From: an uncultured Candidatus Saccharibacteria bacterium
GTDB taxonomy: Bacteria > Patescibacteriota > Andersenbacteria > UBA10190
Reading direction: 5' to 3'
NCBI GenBank assembly: GCA_964371255.1
Contig: CAYJKV010000002.1
Location: 2,553 to 66,552 of the forward strand
DNA length: 64,000 bases
The position numbers were made by a program, and so were the translations under genes. Positions 33,777 through 43,419 of this stretch are shown here, in pieces (within the stretch, counting starts at the first letter, position 1; each line of letters begins with the position of its first letter). The notes under the pieces were generated by a model, which did no database searches, was not told the origin of the DNA, and was given only the letters and a program-made list of their open reading frames with translations.

Positions 33777-35255
33777 CTACCCAAACACTTCCTTCACCGT
33801 CTCATAAAACTGCTCTTCCCTACTTATTCCCTTGCCATTATTGCTCTGCCCGCTGCTAGGACTGGCTTCATCTAAAATAAACACCGCTTCTGTTTTGACT
33901 CCCAATAAAGCTTCCAGCGCCTCTTCCACCATGGCTTTATTCCGCGCTGTGCTGAAAAAATTTCGGTGTAATGAATATCTGGCCCGTAAATCCACTCGGC
34001 CTTCGCTACCGGCGATCGGTTCAATGGCTCGCAAAAAAGTCGCTGCGACCGGATTCTTACTTTTAACCGCCTCGATTAATTGCGGCCATATTTGGGCAAT
34101 CTTCTCTACTCCTGGCCCATTAGTTTTATTCTCAACCGGCGCTGGGCTGGTGATCGGTGCCGGTTTGCTTTCCGCCCGCGGCTCCTGCAGCGGCGCTTCT
34201 TTTTTAGCTGCCGGTAAAGTACCCTGCACGGGCCCCTGTGTCGTGCATATGGTCAATATCGCGAGATGCAGAGCAATCTGCGGCTGTGGTACATAGTCTA
34301 AATCCTGTCTGGCTTGTAATAACGCTCGGATAATTGCTGTCCAGCGCCCGGCCTCGCTCGTATTTTTTTCTATCGCCGCTATAGCTTTATCTCGCGCCCG
34401 ACGAATACTCTCCTGCAAAAATTGTTCCGGGTCATGTCCGCCGTTGCAGGCGCTGTCGACCGCCGTCAATGCTGCTGCACTTTCCCCCCTGAGCATTGCG
34501 CTCAAAAAATCTTCCAGGACCGCATCGGGCGGCAGGCCCAGCAATTCCATCAGCGCTTCTTTTTTCAGTTCATTGTCTTGCAGAGTTAGCAGCTGTCCCA
34601 ATAAAGACTCGGCGTCGCGGTAGCAACCGTCTGACCGTTCCACAATAAAATCCATGACGCCATCTTCCGCCTGCCTCTTTTCTTTAGCCAGCAAAAATCG
34701 CAGCCTCCCCAGCATTTCCTCCCGGGACGCCCGCTTAAACCGGTAAACTTGGCAGCGTGACAAAATTGTCGGCAGCACTTTATGCAGTTCCGTTGTGGCT
34801 AAGATGAAGATGGCGTGCTTGACCGGCTCCTCTAAAGTTTTCAGCAGCGCCGCGGCCGCTTCTGGTGTGAGCATGTGCACTTCATCGATGATATATACTT
34901 TGTATTTGCCCATGCTCGGTGCTGAAGCGATCCGGTCGCGCAACGCCCGGATGTCATCAATCCCGCGGTTACTGGCGGCATCAATCTCAATCACGTCAAT
35001 ATTGCGCCCCGCAGCCATCGCCTGGCATGACTCGCATTGGCCGCACGGCTCTGCTTCTGTCGCTTGCTCGCAATTTAACCGCTTGGCCAGAATCCGGGCG
35101 GTGGTTGTCTTGCCCGTACCCCGCGGCCCATAAAACAAATACGCGTGTGTTAAGCGATTCTTCACAATCGCTGCTTGCAGCGTCTCTGTCACGTGTTTTT
35201 GTCCCGTCACCTCGCTAAAAATAGCCGGCCGGTATTGGCGATATAATGTGGTCAC
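33777..35255 (-). CDS. dnaX: DNA polymerase III subunit gamma/tau
   Basis: AAA+ motifs YLFYGPRGTGKTT, a Zn module CGQCESCQ, and the SRC motif. Confidence 0.9.
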   Translation of the reverse strand: MTTLYRQYRPAIFSEVTGQKHVTETLQAAIVKNRLTHAYLFYGPRGTGKTTTARILAKRLNCEQATEAEPCGQCESCQAMAAGRNIDVIEIDAASNRGIDDIRALRDRIASAPSMGKYKVYIIDEVHMLTPEAAAALLKTLEEPVKHAIFILATTELHKVLPTILSRCQVYRFKRASREEMLGRLRFLLAKEKRQAEDGVMDFIVERSDGCYRDAESLLGQLLTLQDNELKKEALMELLGLPPDAVLEDFLSAMLRGESAAALTAVDSACNGGHDPEQFLQESIRRARDKAIAAIEKNTSEAGRWTAIIRALLQARQDLDYVPQPQIALHLAILTICTTQGPVQGTLPAAKKEAPLQEPRAESKPAPITSPAPVENKTNGPGVEKIAQIWPQLIEAVKSKNPVAATFLRAIEPIAGSEGRVDLRARYSLHRNFFSTARNKAMVEEALEALLGVKTEAVFILDEASPSSGQSNNGKGISREEQFYETVKEVFG

Positions 35256-35269
35256 AAAACGAGTTTATC

Positions 35270-35782
35270 CTACGCCTTCACTTCTCTCAAGACCCTGGAT
35301 GGTTTCTTAAATATCAAAAACTTACTGCCGGCAAAATTTAGGAACAAAATAATGCCAATAGCTAATACTTTGGCCGCATTATCTTTTTGGTCACCGAATA
35401 GCTGCTGCACCATCGGCACTTGAAAAGTAAACATCGAAACTAGCAATTGATTTAATACCCAGGTAAAAAAGTTCAGCGTAAAATATCCTACCCACTGTTT
35501 GGCCACTTCCTTGCTGGTATCTCTAAAAGTCCAGTACTTATTAAACAAAAAATTGCTGATAATCGCGAGGAACACACTGATGTTATTAGCCACAATAATT
35601 TGCTGACCAAGTACCATATAAGACATAACAAAACCTATCCCGCGCGTCAGGAGGTTGTAGGTGCTAAAATCTACGATTGCCCCAATCACTCCGGTTACCC
35701 CGAACTTAATAAATTGTTTTCCACTATTCTGGTACCTGGTTGGTAATTTACCAACCATTTCATCAATCTTCTCTCTTAGCAT
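35270..35782 (-). CDS. GtrA-family membrane protein (polysaccharide/glycolipid synthesis-associated)
   Basis: Four TM helices with GtrA motifs FIKFGVTGVIGAIVDF and NFLFNKYWTF. Confidence 0.75.
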   Translation of the reverse strand: MLREKIDEMVGKLPTRYQNSGKQFIKFGVTGVIGAIVDFSTYNLLTRGIGFVMSYMVLGQQIIVANNISVFLAIISNFLFNKYWTFRDTSKEVAKQWVGYFTLNFFTWVLNQLLVSMFTFQVPMVQQLFGDQKDNAAKVLAIGIILFLNFAGSKFLIFKKPSRVLREVKA

Positions 35783-35804
35783 GATCGCTAATTCGTTTTA
35801 AATT

Positions 35805-36335
35805 TTAATGATGTATAACGTGTTCAACTGCTCCCCACTCTGCCTCGCCGTTCTCAGGAAGCAGAATCGTTACTTCGTCCCCTTCTTCCGCTTTATAGAA
35901 CGTCACGCTGGCCAGTAGGATTTTATAACTCTTTTCCGCCGTCTCGACCGTAAAGTTGCCATGCTCGTCTATTCTCAGTGGTCCACTGACGCGCCGTCTC
36001 TCCACCGGATTAATTTGTTTGTAAACAAACGATCCATCCGCGCCAATTGTCAGTTTCAGCACATCTCCCTCCACTAACTTGGACTTCGAAGCATAGTTAG
36101 GCGGTATGGGATATTCTTCACCATTATTACCCTGCATGTTCTGTCCGTCGAATACGCCTTCAACCACCTTTTCTCCGCCCACGCTCTCTTCAAAGCCCCG
36201 GCTGGATCCGCCCTTCTTGGTCATTAATCCCTCATTCTCTTCCAGCGCTTGCCGCACATACTGAATATTACGCTCGGCTTCATCCAGCCTTTGTTTGATC
36301 AGTGCTAAAGTGCGATTGTCTGTTTTAGTTTCCAT
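35805..36335 (-). CDS. hypothetical protein (N-terminal coiled coil plus beta-rich C-terminal region)
   Basis: 176 aa with no motif. Sits between the GtrA gene and the divergent PMT_2 glycosyltransferase gene. Confidence 0.5.
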   Translation of the reverse strand: METKTDNRTLALIKQRLDEAERNIQYVRQALEENEGLMTKKGGSSRGFEESVGGEKVVEGVFDGQNMQGNNGEEYPIPPNYASKSKLVEGDVLKLTIGADGSFVYKQINPVERRRVSGPLRIDEHGNFTVETAEKSYKILLASVTFYKAEEGDEVTILLPENGEAEWGAVEHVIHH

Positions 36336-36464
36336 GCTTCTGTTTGTTTCATAATAATTATCCCCTCTTTATTCCATGATAAACTAATGTCAATGATAAA
36401 CAAAATCACCTTCATCTTTTATAATCTGCCAGCTACTTTGATCTATTAGTGGTACTCTGCCTGT

Positions 36465-37997
36465 ATGACTCGTCGCACTTTTTGGTTATTCCTTTGTATA
36501 ATCATCCTGCTTGGCTTAGGTCTGCGCTCTTATCAATTAACTGCCCGCAGCCTATGGTTTGATGAGGCTTTTTCCTGGCGTCTGATTCAATTTCCGGTGT
36601 CTGAAATGGTTGCTCGAGCCGCCACTGATGTCCATCCCCCGCTGTACTATCTACTGCTCAAAGGTTGGGCTTATGTCTTCGCTTCCTCCTTGCTCGCTTT
36701 ACGATCATTTTCAATAGTCATGGCGGGACTAACCATTTGGTGCGGTTACCTTTTTACAGCTTATGCTTTACGGAGCCGAGGCGCGGGCATACTGGCCGCC
36801 TTATTGTTGGCTGTTTCCGGCTGGCAAATTCAGTTCGCCTGGGAGGCGCGTATGTATACCTTGGGTACCGTTTTTCTCCTCCTTTCGTCGTGGTTCCTCC
36901 TGCGCGGTGTTCGCCACCATCGTGTCCTTGATTGGCTCGGCTACTCTCTGACCGCGGCCGCCCTGCTGTATATTCATTACTACGCCATATTCTCTATTGC
37001 CGCACAAATAATTTTTATTATCGGTTATCTCATTATTGCCACCCGGGGACGGATTGGTGAAGTGTTGCAGTGGTCCCTCTTCTGGTATGCTGCCCTGTCT
37101 TACTTTTTGATCTTCTTACTGTTCTTGCCTTGGCTTCCCACTTTCATCGCCCAAAATGCCCAAGTTCAGGCAGCGTACTGGATCCCCGCCATAGGCGGTT
37201 GGTCCATTCCTGATACTTTCTATCGCATGTTAGCCCCAACCGCCGGCATTCCGCAGCACAGCGGCATAGGTTGGATCCTCTTAGCCGTGCTCCCGCTGAT
37301 CGCTACGATTATGGGGCTAATTATCTTAATACTGCCACCCCTTTTTCCGAATCGAACGCAGCCGCGCGATGTTAACTGGCTGGTTTTTTGTTCGGTAGTT
37401 ACACCCTTTGCTGCCAGTATTTTACTGTCGTTTATCGGCCAAAGTTTATACCAGGATCGGTTTTTTGTTTTTGCCCATATTTTTATTTTGATCGGTCTCT
37501 CTCTCTTACTCTTTAAGCTGCCCTTGCGCCAGACACGATCGGTCTTGGTCGTTCTGGTAACTATTGGCTTTCTCGTCGCTTATTTTGCCTACTGGCAAGA
37601 GCTAAATATCCCCGGCCATCCTGGCGCTCGATCCGCCATCGCCGTCGCCGCGGAGAAATTCCAGCCGGCCGATCGAATTATCGCCAGCTCCCCTTTTATC
37701 TTTTTTGCTGCCTTACACTACGCAGAGGAGGAGTATGCACTGCCTGACCCGAAACTTTATTCGGAAACTAATCAATTAGCCCATTTTGCCGGCGAACCAA
37801 TCCTCAAAAGCGATGATCTAATCGGTCCCGATGTTTTTAAGCAGCCCGGCAATCTCTGGGTGATCGATACGACCGGATTTGGTGCCGCGCCACTAGCCGT
37901 GCCGGCGGACTGGCAGCGTGTTTCCAGCCAATCGTTTCCTGAAGTATTCGCCCATCAGGGCGATGTCATTGTCTCGTATTATCAGACAGGCAAATAA
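36465..37997 (+). CDS. glycosyltransferase family 39 / PMT_2 (ArnT-like) GT-C membrane glycosyltransferase
   Basis: Characteristic N-terminus: LGLRSYQLTARSLWFDEAFS with the first-loop Asp-Glu, DVHPPLYYLLLKGW, then more than ten TM helices. Confidence 0.85.
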   Translation: MTRRTFWLFLCIIILLGLGLRSYQLTARSLWFDEAFSWRLIQFPVSEMVARAATDVHPPLYYLLLKGWAYVFASSLLALRSFSIVMAGLTIWCGYLFTAYALRSRGAGILAALLLAVSGWQIQFAWEARMYTLGTVFLLLSSWFLLRGVRHHRVLDWLGYSLTAAALLYIHYYAIFSIAAQIIFIIGYLIIATRGRIGEVLQWSLFWYAALSYFLIFLLFLPWLPTFIAQNAQVQAAYWIPAIGGWSIPDTFYRMLAPTAGIPQHSGIGWILLAVLPLIATIMGLIILILPPLFPNRTQPRDVNWLVFCSVVTPFAASILLSFIGQSLYQDRFFVFAHIFILIGLSLLLFKLPLRQTRSVLVVLVTIGFLVAYFAYWQELNIPGHPGARSAIAVAAEKFQPADRIIASSPFIFFAALHYAEEEYALPDPKLYSETNQLAHFAGEPILKSDDLIGPDVFKQPGNLWVIDTTGFGAAPLAVPADWQRVSSQSFPEVFAHQGDVIVSYYQTGK

Positions 37998-38026
37998 ATT
38001 CCCGCTGTTTTTATTGTCAGTCGCTC

Positions 38027-38911
38027 TTATTCACCCAGCGCCGTTTTGTAATAAATCCGGTGTGGAATCCGCACGTCAATATACTGCATCGCTGCCACTT
38101 CTTCTGGGCTTACCGTATCCTGTACTAATTTCTTTATCACATCGATTTGCCCAATCGCTGGCCTCGTCACATCAAATAATACCGTCCAGTTATTGTTTAA
38201 AATTATTTTTACTTCGCGCGCTGCGAGCGATGGTACGTGCACCTCGCCAATTTGCGCTCCCACTAATTGGGGCAGATCTTCATTAGCCACTTGCAGAAAG
38301 CTGATCAATGAAGCATCCACCGCCATCGCGCCAATGGTGACATGAGCCTCCTCGTCATCATTCTTCACCGTAGTTAATACCACGCCCGGTAAGGTGTCTA
38401 GTCGGGCCGCTTCATAAGCAATGCCGCCTTCATCCAGAAAATAATATTTTCCGCCTGATAATAGTAATAAGACGGGTGTCTTTTCCTGCACAATTGCTTT
38501 AACCGTACCGGGTAATTTTCTTACCACATGCACCGTTCGCACTTTCGGTAATCGTCCGATAATGAGCTCCTCGATCGCGTCTGTTTGTACAAAAAAAATA
38601 TTTTTGCCTAGCGTACTGCTGGCAATTTCCTCGTTGATTATCTTTGTTATTTCCTGAGCCGTTTCTTCTCGGGCATCGACTACTGCCACGGCCTGTACAT
38701 TAAAAATATCCGTAAAAAAGAACAGCCATCCAAATAAACCCAGCGGCACCAATAATAAAGCTATCAGCAGTCCCAATGATAACCACTGCAAAATGACACT
38801 GCGTAAAATTATCCATTGCGAAGTCGCCCGTTGTACTAGTCCCAATGACTCGCCTGGTTTACGCCTATTACTGTTTATCTGCCCTTGCCATGCATTCGGC
38901 CACAATTTCAT
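38027..38911 (-). CDS. ftsQ: cell division protein FtsQ/DivIB-like (TM + POTRA + FtsQ C-terminal domain)
   Basis: Single TM, then a POTRA-like segment FNVQAVAVVDAREETAQEI ... FFVQTDAIEELI, then a beta-rich C-terminus. Confidence 0.6.
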   Translation of the reverse strand: MKLWPNAWQGQINSNRRKPGESLGLVQRATSQWIILRSVILQWLSLGLLIALLLVPLGLFGWLFFFTDIFNVQAVAVVDAREETAQEITKIINEEIASSTLGKNIFFVQTDAIEELIIGRLPKVRTVHVVRKLPGTVKAIVQEKTPVLLLLSGGKYYFLDEGGIAYEAARLDTLPGVVLTTVKNDDEEAHVTIGAMAVDASLISFLQVANEDLPQLVGAQIGEVHVPSLAAREVKIILNNNWTVLFDVTRPAIGQIDVIKKLVQDTVSPEEVAAMQYIDVRIPHRIYYKTALGE

Positions 38912-39175
38912 CTTTCCAGTATTGCTGATATCACCCCGGACGGCCAGCTTTTGCCCCGCTGTGCCACTTGCTTATCCATCACAAAATATTCTGTAGTCAT
39001 TTACCCCCCCCAGATTCCCTCGGGCATGCCAGCTTCGCTTAACTGGACTTGGGTTTGACTAATAGATCAATTGTCTGTATATATTACCTTCGTCTGGTTG
39101 AACGAACACCAAAATCAACTTTCTGACCATCTCCTGGCTCGTTTACAACTTAGAGAACCATATAAGGAAAACACT

Positions 39176-39820
39176 ATGGTCCAGCCCAAGCATTTGTTTG
39201 ACCCTGTTACTTCTAATGATCTGTGGCAAGGCAATGCCTTAGCCGGCCGCGAATGCGCTATGTTTGCGCTCCTGTTGCGCCTGCTGACCGATAATAATTG
39301 TCAGGACAAACTATCTTGCCCTGCTCTTTTGGAAGCTGTCACTCCCAGCCGGTCAGCCCAACGTGATCGTTTCCTGAGTGCTTTTCTACAATGCGTTAGG
39401 TTGCTTAGCCGCGCTGAACGCAAGGGTATCAGGCGTTTCTTCTTAGATCAACTGGTACCCGACTTCACTTCCAGCCAAAGCTACAACTCCTATCTGCATC
39501 GCCGTTGGTTAGAAGAATCAACCGAGTTGTCTGACAGTGAACCAGCCAAAGACCCCGCTTTTCGTGCCTGGTGTGCCGCTCAGGGTTGTCGCAAACTTTT
39601 GCTCGCCGATCTGTTTCTTTTACTCGTAGAGCGCCACTCCTGCATTATGGAAGAAAAGTTCAAAACCGTCTGGCAGAGCCTCCGCCCCCTCTCGGCTGCC
39701 CAGCTGCGTACGATTATGTGGCGGATTATCCAGTGCGGTGCCCGCGTTGAGGAAATTGACCCCGGGTCTTTCCCCCGTCGCTATTTGATCACAACCCACC
39801 GGTTCTCAATCGCGATTTAG
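39176..39820 (+). CDS. hypothetical Cys/Arg/Leu-rich protein with atypical composition
   Basis: SD AAGGAA 8 nt before the ATG at 39176, with an intrinsic terminator immediately downstream. GC content is visibly higher than neighbouring genes. No homology recognized. Confidence 0.4.
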   Translation: MVQPKHLFDPVTSNDLWQGNALAGRECAMFALLLRLLTDNNCQDKLSCPALLEAVTPSRSAQRDRFLSAFLQCVRLLSRAERKGIRRFFLDQLVPDFTSSQSYNSYLHRRWLEESTELSDSEPAKDPAFRAWCAAQGCRKLLLADLFLLLVERHSCIMEEKFKTVWQSLRPLSAAQLRTIMWRIIQCGARVEEIDPGSFPRRYLITTHRFSIAI

Positions 39821-39829
39821 CGTCGCCTG

Positions 39830-39856
39830 CCCGATTGAATTTAATCGGGTTTTTTT
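39830..39856 (+). terminator. rho-independent terminator (CCCGATT-gaattt-AATCGGG + T7); overlaps the serS stop on the opposite strand
   Basis: Stem-loop followed by ttttttt on the plus strand, read from the sequence. Confidence 0.5.
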
Positions 39857-41154
39857 ATAGTTTTAAATCCGACCCAACGCTGTAACACTGGCGGCACTTT
39901 GATGCTGCCATCCGCCTGCTGATAGTTTTCCATGATAGCTATCAAGGTTCGGCCCGCAAACACGGTCGCGTCATTCATATGTACCATTTCTCGTTGGCCA
40001 TTCTCGCGCCGTACCTTAGTTTGCAGCCGCCTAGCCTGATAGTCACTGTTGTAATCGGAGGTGTGTGTTTCGCGATAACATTCTTGTCCCATCATCCAAG
40101 TCTCAATATCTATCTGCCGGGCATCCGGATCTCCCATATCACCGGTGCAGATTGCCACCACCTGATAAGGCAGTCCCAAATCCCCTGCCAGCTTTTCTTG
40201 AATGGCCACGATAAAGTCTTGTTCCGCCTCGGCTAGTTCTGGCACGCTAAAACTTTCAATTTCCATCTTCTCAAACTGGTGTACTCGCAAAATACCCCTG
40301 ACGTCCTTGCCGTGACTGCCTGACTCCCGGCGGAAAGCCGGCGAATAACCGACATACCGGCGCGGCATTGTCTTTTCGGCCAAAGTTTCACCCATGTGTA
40401 AGGGGCCTAAAGTATGCTCCGCACTGCCGATTAGGTATAGATTATCACTGGGTATAAAATAACGCTCTTCTTTTGGGTTTAGTCGCGCCATTTTACTTAA
40501 GACATCCTCTCGAATTAAGGCCGGGGGCATCACGGGGATAAATGGTTTATCACTAACGGACAATTTCTTTTCCTTTATTATTTCTGCCAATTTGTTTTTA
40601 TCCGTGACTAACTCCAAGACATATTGGATCAAGGCGAACTGGAGCTGAACCAAGGGCCCCATCAGATAAGCGAACCTAGTCCCGCTAACCGCCGCTGCCT
40701 TCTCGCTATCTATCAAACCCAGCTTCTTTCCTAAATCCCAATGGGCCAGAGTCTTAAAATCAACTTTTGGCGGTTCGCCTACTTTTCTTAAGATCTTATT
40801 GCCGCTGGCGTTTGGTCCTTGTGGCACGTCAGGTGTGATTAAATTTGGCAATGCTTCCCACAGCTCTTGCCTTTGTTGTGTTGCCTTGGCCAAGTTGGCT
40901 AAGGTCAACTTAGACTGCTTCGCCACCGTTTGCATTTCGCTGATTAATTGCTTTTTTTCATCCGGTTTACCGGCGGCAATTCTTTCTGTGGCCACATTTT
41001 GTTCTGCCCGTAATTTCTCGGCCGTCTGGCTTAGTGTTCGCCAAGTTTCATCGGCTTGTTTTAATGCCAAAATTTGCTCTTTTTGAATACCGCGCCTGCT
41101 TAGATTAGCCGCTACCTCATCGGTTTTATGACGCACTAGTTCAATATCAATCAT
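39841..41154 (-). CDS. serS: serine--tRNA ligase
   Basis: N-terminal coiled-coil arm plus class II core motifs. Confidence 0.95.
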   Translation of the reverse strand: MIDIELVRHKTDEVAANLSRRGIQKEQILALKQADETWRTLSQTAEKLRAEQNVATERIAAGKPDEKKQLISEMQTVAKQSKLTLANLAKATQQRQELWEALPNLITPDVPQGPNASGNKILRKVGEPPKVDFKTLAHWDLGKKLGLIDSEKAAAVSGTRFAYLMGPLVQLQFALIQYVLELVTDKNKLAEIIKEKKLSVSDKPFIPVMPPALIREDVLSKMARLNPKEERYFIPSDNLYLIGSAEHTLGPLHMGETLAEKTMPRRYVGYSPAFRRESGSHGKDVRGILRVHQFEKMEIESFSVPELAEAEQDFIVAIQEKLAGDLGLPYQVVAICTGDMGDPDARQIDIETWMMGQECYRETHTSDYNSDYQARRLQTKVRRENGQREMVHMNDATVFAGRTLIAIMENYQQADGSIKVPPVLQRWVGFKTIKKPD

Positions 41155-41169
41155 AGTGTCGGATAAAAA

Positions 41170-42648
41170 TTATTCATTATTTACGTTCGGTCGCAACAAA
41201 GGAAAGGCGATCGTGTCCCTAATCGATGGCACGTTTGCTAGCAACGCCGCCCACCGGTCAATCCCCATACCCCAACCGCCCGCCGGCGGCATGCCATATT
41301 CCATTGTCAATAAATAATCTTCGTCAATCTCGGCTGCTTCCAAATCGCCCAGCATTCGATTTTCCTGTTGGGCTAAGAATCGCTGCCGCTGCTCAACGGG
41401 ATCGTTTAGTTCCGAATAGGCCTTCACTAATTCCATGCCCGCGACAACCAGCTGCATCATTTCCGCTACTCGCGGATCCTGGGCCTTAGTCTTGGCAAGC
41501 GGCGCTAACTCAACCGGATAGTCATACACAATCGTTGGTTGCACTAAAGTCGGCCGAACAACTTCTTTATATAACTCATCAACTAATTTATTGAATGTCC
41601 TGACTGCCGGCAAGTCTATCTTACGCTTCACAAACACCGCCTCATACGCACCCGGATCCTTTTCCGTTAACACATCCAGCCCAAAGTTCTCTTGCATGAG
41701 TTCAACATACTTAACTCGCCGCCAAGGCATAGCAAACTCCAGTTTAGTAGCACCATGTGTCAAATCAGCACTACTAGTTATGTCTTTAACCATCTTGCTT
41801 AACATTTGCTCCGTAAAATCCATCAGGTCCTCGTAATCGGCATACGCCCAATAAAACTCTGCCATCGTAAACTCGGGATTATGTTCGCGATCCATACCTT
41901 CATTACGAAAGTTGCGGCCAATTTCAAATACTTTTTCCAGGCCGCCCACCAGTAGTCGTTTCAGGTATAATTCCGGCGCGATCCGCAGATACAGGTCCGT
42001 ATTCAGCGCCTTATGATGCGTCACGAAAGGTTGCGCGGCTGCCCCGCCGGCCTGTGGTTGTAGAATTGGTGTCTCCACTTCTAAAAAGCCTGCCTGCTTT
42101 AGATACAACCGCAGCCAATCGATCGTTTCACTTTTGATAATGATTGGCCAGCGTGACTCCTCGTTTTGTAACAAGTCCAGCGCCCGGCGCCGATATCGCT
42201 TTTCCGGATCTTTTAAGCCGTGCCGCTTGTCTGGTAATGGCCTGATATTTTTTGCCAAATAATGCCAATTTTCTGCTAGCAGCGTCTTCATTCCCCGTTC
42301 CGTGGTCGTCGCCTTGCCCGTGACTTGGACAAAGTCACCAGTGTCAATTAGAGCGGACTGTTCATAGCTTTCCCCCAAAGAATCCTGTCCTAATTGTACT
42401 TGTACTTTTCCATATGCATCACTGACGTCAATAAAAGACACTGCGCCATGCCGCCGCGTGGCCAGGACGCGTCCGACGATGATCACTGCTTGTGAGTCTG
42501 CCTGCAACTGGTCAAAATTATTTAGCAATTCGGCTGTCGTGTGGGTTCGTCGGGCCTCAGCCGGATAAGGATTAGTCCCTGCTTTAATTAACTCCTGCCG
42601 TTTAGCCAGTCTAAATTCCCTAATTTCTTGTAATCGTTCAAGCGCCAT
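41170..42648 (-). CDS. lysS: lysine--tRNA ligase (class II)
   Basis: N-terminal OB anticodon-binding domain plus class II motifs including FRNEGMDREHNPEFTMAEFYWAY. Confidence 0.95.
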   Translation of the reverse strand: MALERLQEIREFRLAKRQELIKAGTNPYPAEARRTHTTAELLNNFDQLQADSQAVIIVGRVLATRRHGAVSFIDVSDAYGKVQVQLGQDSLGESYEQSALIDTGDFVQVTGKATTTERGMKTLLAENWHYLAKNIRPLPDKRHGLKDPEKRYRRRALDLLQNEESRWPIIIKSETIDWLRLYLKQAGFLEVETPILQPQAGGAAAQPFVTHHKALNTDLYLRIAPELYLKRLLVGGLEKVFEIGRNFRNEGMDREHNPEFTMAEFYWAYADYEDLMDFTEQMLSKMVKDITSSADLTHGATKLEFAMPWRRVKYVELMQENFGLDVLTEKDPGAYEAVFVKRKIDLPAVRTFNKLVDELYKEVVRPTLVQPTIVYDYPVELAPLAKTKAQDPRVAEMMQLVVAGMELVKAYSELNDPVEQRQRFLAQQENRMLGDLEAAEIDEDYLLTMEYGMPPAGGWGMGIDRWAALLANVPSIRDTIAFPLLRPNVNNE

Positions 42649-42731
42649 TGTTAATAAGAGTAACTAGAAAATACAAAAGAGTACACTCCCGCCAAAGTTT
42701 CCCGCCCGATTTTCTGCCTGTCTTCTGTAAT

Positions 42732-43187
42732 CTATAAAATTTCAATAACTTCACAATCCTTCTCACCGGCCGGGGTGGGGATCAAGACTTTTTCGCCTTT
42801 TTTTCTGCCCATCAACGCTTGCCCCATCGGTGACTCATTACTGATCTTAGCCGCCATTGGATCCGCTTCATTTGAACCGACAATGCGATAAACAATTTCC
42901 TGACCGTTGCAATTAAGCTTGACCACATTACCCACGCTCACTTCATGCTTATTGGCGTGTGTAACGACATGAGCATTTTTCAAAGCCGCTTCCAGTTCCG
43001 AAATTTTTGTCTCGATGCGTCTTTGCTCCTCCTTGGCGTTTACATACTCTGCGTTCTCTGATAAGTCTCCTTGCTCCTTGGCAGTATGAATAGCTTCAGC
43101 AATTTCGCGGCGTCTGACCGTTTTCAATTCTTGTAGTTTTTCTTGTAGGTCTTTTAACCCTTCCTTAGTTAAGTATGTTTCTTTCAT
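42732..43187 (-). CDS. greA: transcription elongation factor GreA
   Basis: Coiled-coil N-terminus with the acidic tip (GDLSENAEY) and an FKBP-like C-terminal domain. Confidence 0.9.
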   Translation of the reverse strand: MKETYLTKEGLKDLQEKLQELKTVRRREIAEAIHTAKEQGDLSENAEYVNAKEEQRRIETKISELEAALKNAHVVTHANKHEVSVGNVVKLNCNGQEIVYRIVGSNEADPMAAKISNESPMGQALMGRKKGEKVLIPTPAGEKDCEVIEIL

Positions 43188-43419
43188 ATGTTCTTTAAAA
43201 TTAATATACTCTCGAATTGATTAAAACAATCTATCAAACTCAATATGATCGTTACTGGCTTACTAGGATGAAAGTCTATGAGGGCTAGCCATTCTGGTCA
43301 AGTATTTTTGTTCACACTTTGTCACTGATAATTGACAGTTTACTCCGCTGACCCTGCCCATAAATTTTCCTTCAAGTAAGGTTGTTTATTATTACCAAGT
43401 CACCCGCAATTTGTAAAGA

